Origin: an uncultured cyanobacterium
GTDB taxonomy: Bacteria; Cyanobacteriota; Cyanobacteriia; Cyanobacteriales; Nostocaceae
Assembly: GCA_963706595.1 (NCBI GenBank)
Contig: OY970166.1
Location: 4,704,001-4,768,000, forward strand
Direction: 5' to 3'
DNA length: 64,000 bases
Below the pieces are notes generated by a model. That model was not told the origin of the DNA. It did no database searches and saw only the letters and a list, made by a program, of their open reading frames with translations. Positions within the stretch are counted from its first letter, which is position 1, and each line of letters starts with the position of its first letter. The position numbers and the translations under genes are program-made. Shown here one piece after another: positions 30,466-40,304 of the stretch.

Positions 30466-31464
30466 ATGATTCGCCGCCGTTCTACTCCTTGGATTCACAA
30501 ATGGTCGCGTTTATTGATTGGGGCGATCGCTGGACTTGGTGCCTTGACTACAGGTTATATCGCCATAGAAAAGTTAACAGGAGGCAGTGCCGCCTGTGTG
30601 GCCGAAGCTGGTGCCAAAAGCTGTAATGATGTACTTTCCAGTCCTTGGGCAACCATACCAATTTTTGGCGGACAGCCCTTAGCTTTATTCGGGTTTCTGG
30701 CTTATGCCGGTATGCTGATTTTGGCTGTTGTGCCTTTAGCATGGAAACCGGATGCTAAAAATAGCCTGAAACAACTGGAAAACTTGACTTGGTGGTTGCT
30801 GCTGGTAGGCGCGATCGCAATGTCGGTTTTCAGTGGCTATTTAATGTACTTGCTGGCATTCCAAATCCAAGCCGTCTGTTATTACTGTATTGCTTCGGCT
30901 TTGTTCTCCGTCAGTCTTTTAGTTTTGACGATTATCGGTCGTTCTTGGGAGGATATAGGGCAAATCTTTTTTACCGCTATTATTGTGGGGATGGTAACGC
31001 TGATTGGTACTTTAGGTATCTATGCTGGCGTGAATTCATCAGGTGTGACATCAGATTCAACTTCTGGTGAATCTCAACGAATTAGCTTTACTCCCAAAGA
31101 ACAACCCAATCCGGCTTTTGGTTGGGAAATCACCACTACCTCTGGTGAGGCAGAAATTGAACTAGCGCGCCATCTAGCAACCGTAGATGCTAAGGAATAT
31201 GTTGCCTATTGGTGTCCTCACTGCCATGAACAAAAACTACTATTCGGCAAGGAAGCTTACCAAATTCTTCAAGAAAATCAGATTCCGGTAGAGTGTGCTG
31301 CTGATAGCCCTAAAGGTCAACCAGAAGTATGTAAGGCAGCGAACATCACAGGCTTCCCTAGTTGGATTATTAATGGTCAAATCTATAGTGGAGTTCAAAA
31401 CCTCGAACAACTGGGAAAGATTTCTGGTTATACAGGTGCCAGAAACTTTAAGTATTTCCGATAG
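30466..31464 (+). CDS. VKOR-thioredoxin fusion (thylakoid disulfide-bond formation protein)
   Basis: C...SCNDVLSSPWA, VKOR CYYC motif, thioredoxin-like YWCPHC, GFPSW. Confidence 0.92.
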   Translation: MIRRRSTPWIHKWSRLLIGAIAGLGALTTGYIAIEKLTGGSAACVAEAGAKSCNDVLSSPWATIPIFGGQPLALFGFLAYAGMLILAVVPLAWKPDAKNSLKQLENLTWWLLLVGAIAMSVFSGYLMYLLAFQIQAVCYYCIASALFSVSLLVLTIIGRSWEDIGQIFFTAIIVGMVTLIGTLGIYAGVNSSGVTSDSTSGESQRISFTPKEQPNPAFGWEITTTSGEAEIELARHLATVDAKEYVAYWCPHCHEQKLLFGKEAYQILQENQIPVECAADSPKGQPEVCKAANITGFPSWIINGQIYSGVQNLEQLGKISGYTGARNFKYFR

Positions 31465-31490
31465 TTAGTGGCAATAAGTCTTTTTTTTCA

Positions 31491-31573
31491 TCAAAACTCG
31501 GATTAAATATAGTCAACTGGTTGAATGCGGCTACATTCTTTCCCAGTTGACTTTTTTTTGACTATAAATCCGA
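31491..31573. terminator. Large inverted repeat downstream of VKOR (possible terminator)
   Basis: AGTCAACTGG...CCAGTTGACT followed by a T-run; outer TCGGATT/AATCCGA pairing. Confidence 0.5.
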
Positions 31574-31724
31574 AAAAAAGATTTGTGAATTTGAAGCTAT
31601 TAAAAGTACGACGGTTTATATAGCAACCGCCAAGGAGGTTAGGACATTGTTGATTGCTGAAAGCCTTGAGCTAACTTGGTTTCTACTCAGCACTTTGCTA
31701 TACATGAAGAAATATAAATTGTTC

Positions 31725-31822
31725 GTAGGGTGTGTTATGCCGTAGGCTAACGCACCTTGAATTGTTGACACAAAAAGCCGAAGTTTTGACGGTGCGTTGC
31801 GCTGTGCGACAACACCGACTAC
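31725..31822. repeat. Inverted pair of GTAG-type REP-like sequences
   Basis: GTAGGGTGTGTTATGCCGTAGGCTAACGCACC (31725-31756) and GGTGCGTTGCGCTGTGCGACAACACCGACTAC (31791-31822) in opposite orientation. Confidence 0.65.
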
Positions 31823-32196
31823 ATTAAAAGTTCTTAATATAGCTTGAAATATTAGTGCCGACTTACTTGTATCTATACTTAACTTGTTCTCATAGGCAAC
31901 AAAGCTCTAGTAAAGCATGGCGTAAATTGAAATATTATTCCCAACAGTTCAGGAGTCACAAATTTAAACCCTAATCGCAGTTCTTAACTTTTAATTAACT
32001 ACACCCACCAGAGGCGGGGTATACACTCCAACACACTAATGACTACTTAATCAATGGTGATCCATAAGAGGTCACCAAAATTGTTTGAAGGAACATAACT
32101 TAAGGGAAAAAATTCTGAGAAACTAAATCAACTTCACACACTGATTATATTTGCTAGCTAGTTGATGGCTACAAGAAATATTTTTCCTGCTAGGTA

Positions 32197-34416
32197 ATGG
32201 GTATGATTAAGCATCTAGAAAAATCTCTTGTCAGATTAATTTTGAAACTCAAACAAACCTTTGGGCGAAGACATAAAGCATTGATTACAGCTTTAATTGT
32301 GGCAGTTTGTATCTTGATTTTGCGTTCTGTAGGATTATTACAATCTTTAGAGTTAGCAGCGTTGGATCAATTATTTCACTTACGTCCAGAGGAACAACTA
32401 GATCCTCGAATCACTATTGTCGCCATTGATGAGGCTTCTTTGAAGCAAATAGGTTCCTGGCCAATTCCAGATGGTGATCTGGCTGATTTATTACAAAAAA
32501 TTCAAGCCTATAAACCCCGCGCTATTGGTTTAGATATCTACCGGAATTTTCCAGTTAAATATGGTTATGAGAAACTGGCCGCAGCTTATCGGTCAATGCC
32601 TAACTTGATTGGCAATCAACTATTGGCAAATAGTCCAAATGGCAGTGTTTCACCTGCACAAAGTCTGAATAATCAACAAGTGGGTTTTAGTAATGTATTA
32701 TTTGACTCTGATGGCAAAGTACGTCGCAGCTTACTATATTGGCACGTGGGTCAACAGCTACACGAAAGTTTTGCTCTGAAACTGGCTTTATTGTATTTAA
32801 AATCGGAAGACATAATTCCCCAAAAAGCAGCTAATAATTCTGAGTCTTTACGGTTAGGTAAGGCGGTATTTACTCGATTTGAGGCGAATGATGGTGCTTA
32901 TGTGCAAGCTGATGCTCAAGGCTACCAAATTTTATCTAACTTTCCTAAGCCAGGTTGTCACAGTTCATCTCAAGAATTATGTGGTTATCGTCAGGTGAGG
33001 ATCACCGATGTCCTGGAAAATAAAGTTCCAAAAAGCTGGATGAGCGATCGCATCGTCTTGATTGGTTCCACTGCTCCCAGTATCCAAGATTTTGTGTTTA
33101 TTCCTCATTCTAGTCGTCTGATAGGTACAGCAGAGCCTATTCCTGGCATTAAATTGCAAGCTTATTTTATCAGTGAGTTAATCTCAGCAGCTCTAGAAGG
33201 ACGACCTTTACTTAAAGTCTGGTCTCAAACAGGGGAATGCTTATGGATTTTTACTTGGTCTTATGTGGGTGCTGTAATCACATGGCGAATCAGATACCCA
33301 ATTCCAAGTATTATCAGTACCTTACTATCTTGCTTGGTGCTGCTTCTATTGACTTACTTAGCTTTTTTGTCAGGTTGGTGGATACCGATCATTCCTGCAT
33401 TATTGACCTTTGTTAGTTCCGCTATTTGGATTATCTCTAATATTGCCTATAAGCAAGACGAGTTAAAACGTTCTAAAGAGTTTTTGCAACAAGTGATCAA
33501 TACGATTGCTGACCCGGTTTTTGTGAAGAATGAACAATATCAGTGGATTGTTTTGAATGAAGCTTATTGTCAATTAATCGGTTATCCCAATACTGTCTTA
33601 ATTGAAAAGTCAGATTATAACTTTTTTCCTCAACATGAAGTAAATGTGTTTCGACAGCAAGATCATCTGGTTTTTCAAACTCAGCGACCGCAGGAAAACG
33701 AAGAAGAATTTACTGATGCTAATGGTACTACCCATCTGATTGCTACTAAGCGATCGCTCCACAAAGACGCGGCTGGTAATTTATTTTTGGTGGGGGTGAT
33801 CCGAGATATGACCCAGCGTAAGTTGATGGAAGATGAACTGAAGCGGACTGCGGCTGAGTTATCCCGCTCTAATAATGAATTAAAACTCAAAGAAGACCAC
33901 TTGCGTTATCTGGCTGATCATGATCCTCTTACAGGCTTAACGAATCGGAAATTTTTCGCAGAACAACTTCAAGAATCGTTAATTTGGGCGCAAGATCATA
34001 ACTTGTTACTGGGATTGCTGTTTATTGACCTAGATGGTTTTAAGCAAATTAATGATACTTTAGGGCATGATATAGGCGATCGCCTACTAATATCAATCGC
34101 TCAACGACTCAGCCAGACTTTACGCGGTAGCGATACTGTATCCCGATTGGGTGGCGATGAATTTATTATAATTTTACGGTCAATTCCTAACGTAGAAGTA
34201 GCAGCTAAAATCGCGGAAAAAGTTTTAGAAAGTATCATTGCGCCAATTGTTTTGGAGGGACGTACTACTAGGGTTTCTGCCAGTATTGGTATTAGCATCT
34301 ACCCAATAAATAGCCAAAATCCTAAAACATTGATTAGACAAGCAGATGCGGCTATGTACCGTGCCAAGCACCTGGGAAAAAATCGGTATGAATTTGCTGA
34401 AAATGCCGATAATTAA
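32197..34416 (+). CDS. CHASE2-PAS-GGDEF diguanylate cyclase
   Basis: CHASE2 (ITIVAIDE..L, PRAIGLDIYR, DSDGKVRR, IVLIGSTA), 3 TM helices, PAS (DPVFVKN), HDPLTGL.NR, IDLDGFKQINDTLGH, intact RLGGDEF. Confidence 0.94.
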   Translation: MGMIKHLEKSLVRLILKLKQTFGRRHKALITALIVAVCILILRSVGLLQSLELAALDQLFHLRPEEQLDPRITIVAIDEASLKQIGSWPIPDGDLADLLQKIQAYKPRAIGLDIYRNFPVKYGYEKLAAAYRSMPNLIGNQLLANSPNGSVSPAQSLNNQQVGFSNVLFDSDGKVRRSLLYWHVGQQLHESFALKLALLYLKSEDIIPQKAANNSESLRLGKAVFTRFEANDGAYVQADAQGYQILSNFPKPGCHSSSQELCGYRQVRITDVLENKVPKSWMSDRIVLIGSTAPSIQDFVFIPHSSRLIGTAEPIPGIKLQAYFISELISAALEGRPLLKVWSQTGECLWIFTWSYVGAVITWRIRYPIPSIISTLLSCLVLLLLTYLAFLSGWWIPIIPALLTFVSSAIWIISNIAYKQDELKRSKEFLQQVINTIADPVFVKNEQYQWIVLNEAYCQLIGYPNTVLIEKSDYNFFPQHEVNVFRQQDHLVFQTQRPQENEEEFTDANGTTHLIATKRSLHKDAAGNLFLVGVIRDMTQRKLMEDELKRTAAELSRSNNELKLKEDHLRYLADHDPLTGLTNRKFFAEQLQESLIWAQDHNLLLGLLFIDLDGFKQINDTLGHDIGDRLLISIAQRLSQTLRGSDTVSRLGGDEFIIILRSIPNVEVAAKIAEKVLESIIAPIVLEGRTTRVSASIGISIYPINSQNPKTLIRQADAAMYRAKHLGKNRYEFAENADN

Positions 34417-34927
34417 CCAAAACCATCAGTGGGTGTTTAATTTTAATTTACACATAGCAAATATCAATGAGTTATAAAAATTATTGTTTAACTTTTGACG
34501 AATGCCCTGCGGTACTAGTCAGCTTACCTCCATACTGCAAATTCAATATACTTAAGTAATATTCTTTAAAGTAAATATTAATTAAAACTAGTAAATTTAC
34601 AGCTTTATCAGGCTTGTTATCTGAAATTTAGTTGTATTGGCTGTTGAATATAAGACTTTTAATTTTTTTCCAATCTTTAATATCGTATTTACACGGTTAA
34701 AAAATAAACGTTTAGTAAAAATTTATCGTTTCATATAATTTTTTTGTAAAAGCTTCTTAATTATCTCTGACTTTAGACTGATGTTTTCAACTGCTTTTTA
34801 GTTATATCTCTTAGATGTAGGTGATTTCAAGCTTTAGCTTTTGCCTAATGCGCCAGCTACTCAGCATTTATCAGTAGAGTCAGTATGAGTTTAGTTGTAA
34901 AAACAATGTAATTAAGATTTAAATTTT

Positions 34928-34958
34928 TCCGGAAGTATCACTAACACTGATGTAAATA
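34928..34958 (+). promoter_or_regulatory. Candidate DIF1-type (heterocyst early differentiation) promoter
   Basis: TCCGGA at 34928-34933, 18-nt spacer, then GTAAATA; 49 nt upstream of the small ORF's ATG at 35007. Confidence 0.5.
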
Positions 34959-35006
34959 CAGAGAATCACGCAATGAAATTAGAATCAATGGAATTTACCA
35001 AGACTT

Positions 35007-35243
35007 ATGGGAACCAACTGGATAATTATGAGGGCTGTGCTATTTTTTATCAGTGCTTATTGGATGATTCCAAAAATAGCTGTCACCACAGTTAACGTCA
35101 ACGCTGTGACATTGGATAAGTTGAATCCCAGTAATCACAGCTATTTAATCACTGATCAGGTTAATAATCAGGATTCAAAAGATATGTATATTCCACCAAA
35201 TAATGGCGGACCTAACAGTAAGCATGGTAGTGGTACGCGCTGA
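35007..35243 (+). CDS. Small putative secreted peptide ending in YIPPNNGGPNSKHGSGTR
   Basis: Hydrophobic N-terminal segment ending in VNA (signal-peptide-like); Pro/Gly-rich C-terminal motif; occupies its own intergenic space. Confidence 0.65.
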   Translation: MGTNWIIMRAVLFFISAYWMIPKIAVTTVNVNAVTLDKLNPSNHSYLITDQVNNQDSKDMYIPPNNGGPNSKHGSGTR

Positions 35244-35358
35244 TATAGCAAAGTGCTGTGCTTAGAGCAGCGTAATAATTATTGAGATAAACCTTGTTGC
35301 TTCATAGCGTTGACGAATTAACACTGTCCTCACTTCTGTAAAAATTCTGAGCAAATGT

Positions 35359-37044
35359 CTAATTTTTCAAGATCAGAGATTTCTGCCATTGGCGTTTTTG
35401 TACTAGGGTATGGACTTGCCAATTGGGATCTGATTGAGGATAGTCTAGGCGGTAATGTCCGCCACGGCTTTCAGTTCTAAAAGCTGCACTTTTAAGAATT
35501 AAATAGGCTACATCTAGTAAATTACGGGTTTCTGCCCAAAGTCGCAATTGCCTTTCTACATCTGGGATGTCAAAACTAACTGGTTCGTTAGGACTTAAAG
35601 AAAGTAAGAATTGACTCAAAGGTAAAGCAGCAAAATCTTGTTGCCAAGATTCAACAGTGGCGATCGCATCTGCTAAACTTGACTGTTCTCGACAAATCCC
35701 CGCACTTTGCCAAACTAAACGGGGTAGTTTTTCTCTAAGTATTTCTAATTGGGTTTTTTGGGTTTGCCATTCACCGACATTGGCGCTAAATTCTCGTAAT
35801 GGCAGGATTGGGACTTCTGAGAATGGTGCAGTATCTCCCAGATCAAGATTAGCCATTTGTGCGCCAAACACAATACATTCAAGCAAAGAGTTACTCGCCA
35901 AACGATTCGCCCCATGTACTCCCGTACTGGCGGTTTCTCCCACTGCGTATAAACCCGGAATATTTGTGCGATTCATTAAATCAGCCACAATACCACCCAT
36001 CCAGTAATGGGCAGCCGGGGCTACTGGAATGGGTTCCTGGAAGACATCAATACCCCAATATTGACAAACTTTGACAATGTTAGGAAAGCGATGACGAATT
36101 TTTTCCGGGGGTATAGGGCGCATATCTAACCAAACATGGGCAGTGGCTAGATCCACTGCTGTCTGTTGCAGATGGCTGAAAATAGCTCTGCTGACTACAT
36201 CTCTGGGTGCTAGTTCACCCGCAGGATGGTAGTCAAAGGCAAAACGCCGCCCTAGATCATCAATAAGGTGTGCGCCTTCTCCCCTGACAGCTTCACTAAT
36301 GAGAAAGTGGTCTGCACCCGCTTTAGTTAGGGATGTGGGGTGAAATTGCACAAATTCTAAATCCCGGAGTATCGCCCCCGCCCGCCAAGCGATCGCTACC
36401 CCATCGCCCGTACTGACAGCTGGGTTAGTTGTTTGAGCAAATACCTGACCACCGCCGCCGGTTGCCAAAATCACAGCCCTAGCTCTGACCCAGGTGATTT
36501 TACCTTGATAAAATAGGCTAATTCCTTGACATCTTCCGGTTTGGGGTTCTATCCACAAATTCAAAGCCAAAGCTTGTTGGATGACTTGAATGTTCTGGCG
36601 GCGCAATACTTGGTCTGTGAGGGTAGTGGTGACTGCCCTCCCTGTCGTATCGGCAGTATGGAGAACGCGATGACGAGAATGGGCAGCTTCTAATGTTAAA
36701 GCTAAAGCTTGACCGTGACGGTCAAAAGCTACTCCCAAGTTAACCAGAGATTGAATACACCGAGGGGCTTCTTCGGCTAAGAATTCTACGGCTGGGCGAT
36801 CGCATAAACCTGCACCGGCGTGTAATGTATCCTCAATGTGCAGTGAAGGCGAATCTTCCGGGGCGATGGCCGCCGCAATGCCTCCTTGCGCCCAATCGCT
36901 GGCAGATAGAGACACAGTTTCTTTGGTAATCAAGCCGACTCGTAAGTTCTCTGGTAGACAGAGTGCTGTGTACAGTCCAGCAGCGCCAGCACCGACTACT
37001 AAAACATCAAATTGGCTAGGGATATCTATTTGAGGCAAAGTCAA
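35359..37044 (-). CDS. nadB: L-aspartate oxidase
   Basis: VVGAGAAG, SDWAQGGIAA, EAAHSRHRVLH, EFVQFHPT, LAPRDVV, HYWMGG, GVHGANRLASNSLLE, ESRGGHYR. Confidence 0.96.
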   Translation of the reverse strand: MTLPQIDIPSQFDVLVVGAGAAGLYTALCLPENLRVGLITKETVSLSASDWAQGGIAAAIAPEDSPSLHIEDTLHAGAGLCDRPAVEFLAEEAPRCIQSLVNLGVAFDRHGQALALTLEAAHSRHRVLHTADTTGRAVTTTLTDQVLRRQNIQVIQQALALNLWIEPQTGRCQGISLFYQGKITWVRARAVILATGGGGQVFAQTTNPAVSTGDGVAIAWRAGAILRDLEFVQFHPTSLTKAGADHFLISEAVRGEGAHLIDDLGRRFAFDYHPAGELAPRDVVSRAIFSHLQQTAVDLATAHVWLDMRPIPPEKIRHRFPNIVKVCQYWGIDVFQEPIPVAPAAHYWMGGIVADLMNRTNIPGLYAVGETASTGVHGANRLASNSLLECIVFGAQMANLDLGDTAPFSEVPILPLREFSANVGEWQTQKTQLEILREKLPRLVWQSAGICREQSSLADAIATVESWQQDFAALPLSQFLLSLSPNEPVSFDIPDVERQLRLWAETRNLLDVAYLILKSAAFRTESRGGHYRLDYPQSDPNWQVHTLVQKRQWQKSLILKN

Positions 37045-37194
37045 ACAATTTGGGATTTGGGATTTGGGATTTGGGATTTGGAATTAACTCCACAGATAAA
37101 TCTGAGGGCTTGTAGCATTCAGGAACTATGGGAGAGCAAGGAATGGGGGAGAAAGAGATTATTCCCCATTTCCCATGCCTAATTTGCTTTTTAG

Positions 37195-37626
37195 TTATCT
37201 GTAGATACCGTTGTTAAAGCGGTCATCTCCGGCGTTGAAGATCACATCTCTTTCGGTGACAGCGAAATTATCTAAGTTGGCTTGCAAAAGTTGTTTTTGG
37301 CGATCGCTCAATCCTTCCAAATCCAATACATCCTCTACGTTCTTGTAAGGAGCATTAAGGACAATTTTCTTAGCTAGGGTAGGGTACAGACCAGGAAACT
37401 GTTGAAAAGCTCGCACATTGGTATTATTCAAATCAACTTTTTTCCCAAATGCTGTCCCTAACTTCGCGTCTGCTCCATTCTGTCTCTGAATTGCTAAAAC
37501 TGGAACTTGTCTAAAAGCAAAACTGTTGAGATTGGCAGCAGTGGCTATCTGAGTTGTTCCCAGCCATCCCCAAGAGCCAATTAATAAGCTAAATACTGTT
37601 AATAAACGTACCAATGTTTTCATCAT
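37195..37626 (-). CDS. psbU: Photosystem II 12-kDa extrinsic protein PsbU
   Basis: Signal peptide, [12 protein letters not shown]...[32 protein letters not shown] precedes ATG at 37626. Confidence 0.95.
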   Translation of the reverse strand: MMKTLVRLLTVFSLLIGSWGWLGTTQIATAANLNSFAFRQVPVLAIQRQNGADAKLGTAFGKKVDLNNTNVRAFQQFPGLYPTLAKKIVLNAPYKNVEDVLDLEGLSDRQKQLLQANLDNFAVTERDVIFNAGDDRFNNGIYR

Positions 37627-37995
37627 TTTTCTCCTGCTTTCCATCAAACTGAAATAACTACGTTAAGTCAAATACTATCAACTGTCAGATGAATTCAGAC
37701 CTATGAAGTCAAGCACAGCGATTATTACTGTGAGCTTCTACTTCGTCCTAGCCAAGATGAATAGACACTTTGAGTGTATATTCGTCTTGGCTCCTTCACC
37801 TTGGGTTGAGAGCTTCTGGCTTCTTCAACACACAGCAGTCATCAAAGACTAATATACAGCTTATTAATACCCGCAATATTTGCTGCTACTGGGTTTGATA
37901 CTATTTTTACAAAAAGTTATCTACACATCTGGGATAGTGGGAAAAAATTATTAATTATTCACTTTTTTGATACCATGCTTATTCTAAGTAAGTGT

Positions 37996-38775
37996 TTAGG
38001 CAGCATTTGCAGCTATTAAGAAGAGGCTATCTACCAAAATTGTACTTAACACTGCTCCACTAAAGGCGTACCAATGTTGTGATTTTGTACGTAAAGGTAA
38101 AATTCCTGCTGTTAACAGCAAGATAGCTAAAACTACTGCCCAGCCTTGTCCCCAAGGGGTTTGGACTTGGATTAAAGCAGTTTGTAAGATTGGTGGCACG
38201 CTATCCGGTTCTACTAGCATAATTTGCCGCCAATAGGGCATCAAGTCTACTAGATAAAAATACACATCAGTCAAAATAGTACCGAGTAAAGAACCTAAGT
38301 AAAACCAGTTACCAACTTTGCCCCAATTCCTGAATAGACACCAACAAGCAAAAGGTAAACCGATAGATTCTACAGGTAAATGCCAAAGAGGTTCCCAACG
38401 TAACCAACCCCAATAAATCGCTCCGGTTAACCAACTCCAGCTAAAGCCTAAGAGCAAATCTCCCCAGACATAAGTTGTGGGGCGTGACATTAAGACATAA
38501 CTTAGCCACACCCAAAATCCTGTGAGCGCTACACTCAAAACTGGCAGCGATCGCACTAATGGTGCTTCTATAAATACTGGGACTGATACCAAAAACACTG
38601 CGACCGCCAACACTAACCACGTTTGGCGTGTAGCCGTAGATATGGGTATAGAAGGAGACGATGCCAGTGTAGATTCTAACTGCCTGATGCTTTTTTGCCC
38701 AACTTCCGTTGTGGGTAAAACAGTATTGATTCCGTTAGCAGGAATGGTGTAGGAAGACAAGCTATTATTAATCAA
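37996..38775 (-). CDS. DUF3120 family membrane protein
   Basis: FLVSVPVFIEAPLVR, GAIYWGWLRWEPLWHLPVE, FYLGSLLGT..TD; located next to psbU. Confidence 0.8.
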   Translation of the reverse strand: MINNSLSSYTIPANGINTVLPTTEVGQKSIRQLESTLASSPSIPISTATRQTWLVLAVAVFLVSVPVFIEAPLVRSLPVLSVALTGFWVWLSYVLMSRPTTYVWGDLLLGFSWSWLTGAIYWGWLRWEPLWHLPVESIGLPFACWCLFRNWGKVGNWFYLGSLLGTILTDVYFYLVDLMPYWRQIMLVEPDSVPPILQTALIQVQTPWGQGWAVVLAILLLTAGILPLRTKSQHWYAFSGAVLSTILVDSLFLIAANAA

Positions 38776-39251
38776 CGTTTTTAATATTTGTTACTAAACT
38801 TTATTTTACTTAAGATATCACATGAAAAATCCCCCCCCTGGGCATTTTTATTGTACCGAAATTTTGCGTAGATTGTTTATTGCACCCAAAGTAGGCAGAT
38901 CAACCGTGCTGGATTGTCTTATTGTGGGATTACTTTTCCCAATCTCCAATCCTCAATAAGTCGATGCTGTCTGAGGATATTTTCCTGGAAAGTTACCCAG
39001 ACAGCTGTTTGTGTAATTGGTTGTCAAAAGAAGCAGGGGAGCAGGGGGCAGGGAGCAAGGGGGAAAACTGAGCCGGAGCTTTTACTCCGTCCCAGTAAGA
39101 GCGCCCTAGAAGGGCGGGGCTTGTACCCATGTTCCGCTCCGCTTCACGGCTACTGGGCAGGGATTGCTCCCCCTGCTCCCTGCTAGAAAGCCCCTCCGCC
39201 TCTTTGGTCATCAAAGCACAAGCTCCGCTTTCGCTATCACAGGTAAATTAA

Positions 39252-40217
39252 ATGGCTAGATCAAAACGTCAATGGTTCATGCTCTTAAGTGCAGCATCTG
39301 CCATTTTCTCAGTTGCAGCATTTCCTATAAAAGTTTTAAGTACCCAAGCTAACCCAGCTTTAGAGGAGATACAGCAACCAATGAATATCTTACAAGCGAT
39401 TTTTTTAGGCTTTGTGCAGGGAATGACCGAATTTCTCCCCATCAGCAGTTCAGCACATTTAAAAGTTGTGCCTGTAGCCCTGGGTTGGGGTGATCCGGGA
39501 GTAGCTTTTACGGCGATTATTCAGCTGGGTAGTATTGTCGCCGTGTTGTGGTATTTCTGGGATGATATGACGCAAATTATCAAGGGAGCAACAAAAGCGA
39601 TCGCTCTTAAAGATTACCAAAACCAAGACTTCCAGCTATTTATGGGCATTATCTTGGGAACAGTGCCGATCCTGGTCTTGGGATTGTTAATTAAAAGATT
39701 TATTCCAGATTACGATAATTCACCCTTAAGAAGCCTCACAGCGATCGCCATAGCCTCCATATTCATGTCGCTGTTATTGGGAATAGCAGAAAAACTCGGT
39801 AAACGTCAACGTGACTTCCAGCATTTAAGCATGAAAGATGGGTTATGGATGGGTTTAGCTCAAGCTTTAGCATTAATTCCTGGCGTATCTCGTTCAGGTT
39901 CCACCATCACCGGGGGGCTATTTATGAGTTTAGAACGAGAAACAGCCGCCAGATTCTCATTTTTGCTGGGAATTCCCGCCATCACCATCGCCGGATTAGT
40001 GGAATTAAAAGATTTTTTAGCAGTAGGTGTAGGTAACGTCGGTATAGTGCCGATGGTTGTCGGGACAATTTCATCTGGGATATTTTCGTATATAGCGATC
40101 GCTGGATTGATCCAATTCCTCAAAACCCAAAGCACCTGGGTATTTATTTGGTATCGCCTAGCATTTGGTATCGTCATTTTAGGTGCAATCAGCGCCGGAT
40201 TATTGAAAAATAGTTAA
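39252..40217 (+). CDS. uppP: Undecaprenyl-diphosphate phosphatase
   Basis: QGMTEFLPISSSAH, ALIPGVSRSGSTI, AARFSFLL, WYR. Confidence 0.95.
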   Translation: MARSKRQWFMLLSAASAIFSVAAFPIKVLSTQANPALEEIQQPMNILQAIFLGFVQGMTEFLPISSSAHLKVVPVALGWGDPGVAFTAIIQLGSIVAVLWYFWDDMTQIIKGATKAIALKDYQNQDFQLFMGIILGTVPILVLGLLIKRFIPDYDNSPLRSLTAIAIASIFMSLLLGIAEKLGKRQRDFQHLSMKDGLWMGLAQALALIPGVSRSGSTITGGLFMSLERETAARFSFLLGIPAITIAGLVELKDFLAVGVGNVGIVPMVVGTISSGIFSYIAIAGLIQFLKTQSTWVFIWYRLAFGIVILGAISAGLLKNS

Positions 40218-40304
40218 TAGTCAAGCAATTTTGGATTTTGGATTTGCGATTTTAGATTGCAGTTCAATCCAAAATTTAAAATCTAAAATCTAAAATTCTC
40301 CACC

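Noticed and set aside
35007..35243. Calling the peptide patS or patX
   Set aside because: It lacks the exact RG(S/T)GR pentapeptide (it has HGSGTR), so no gene symbol was assigned.
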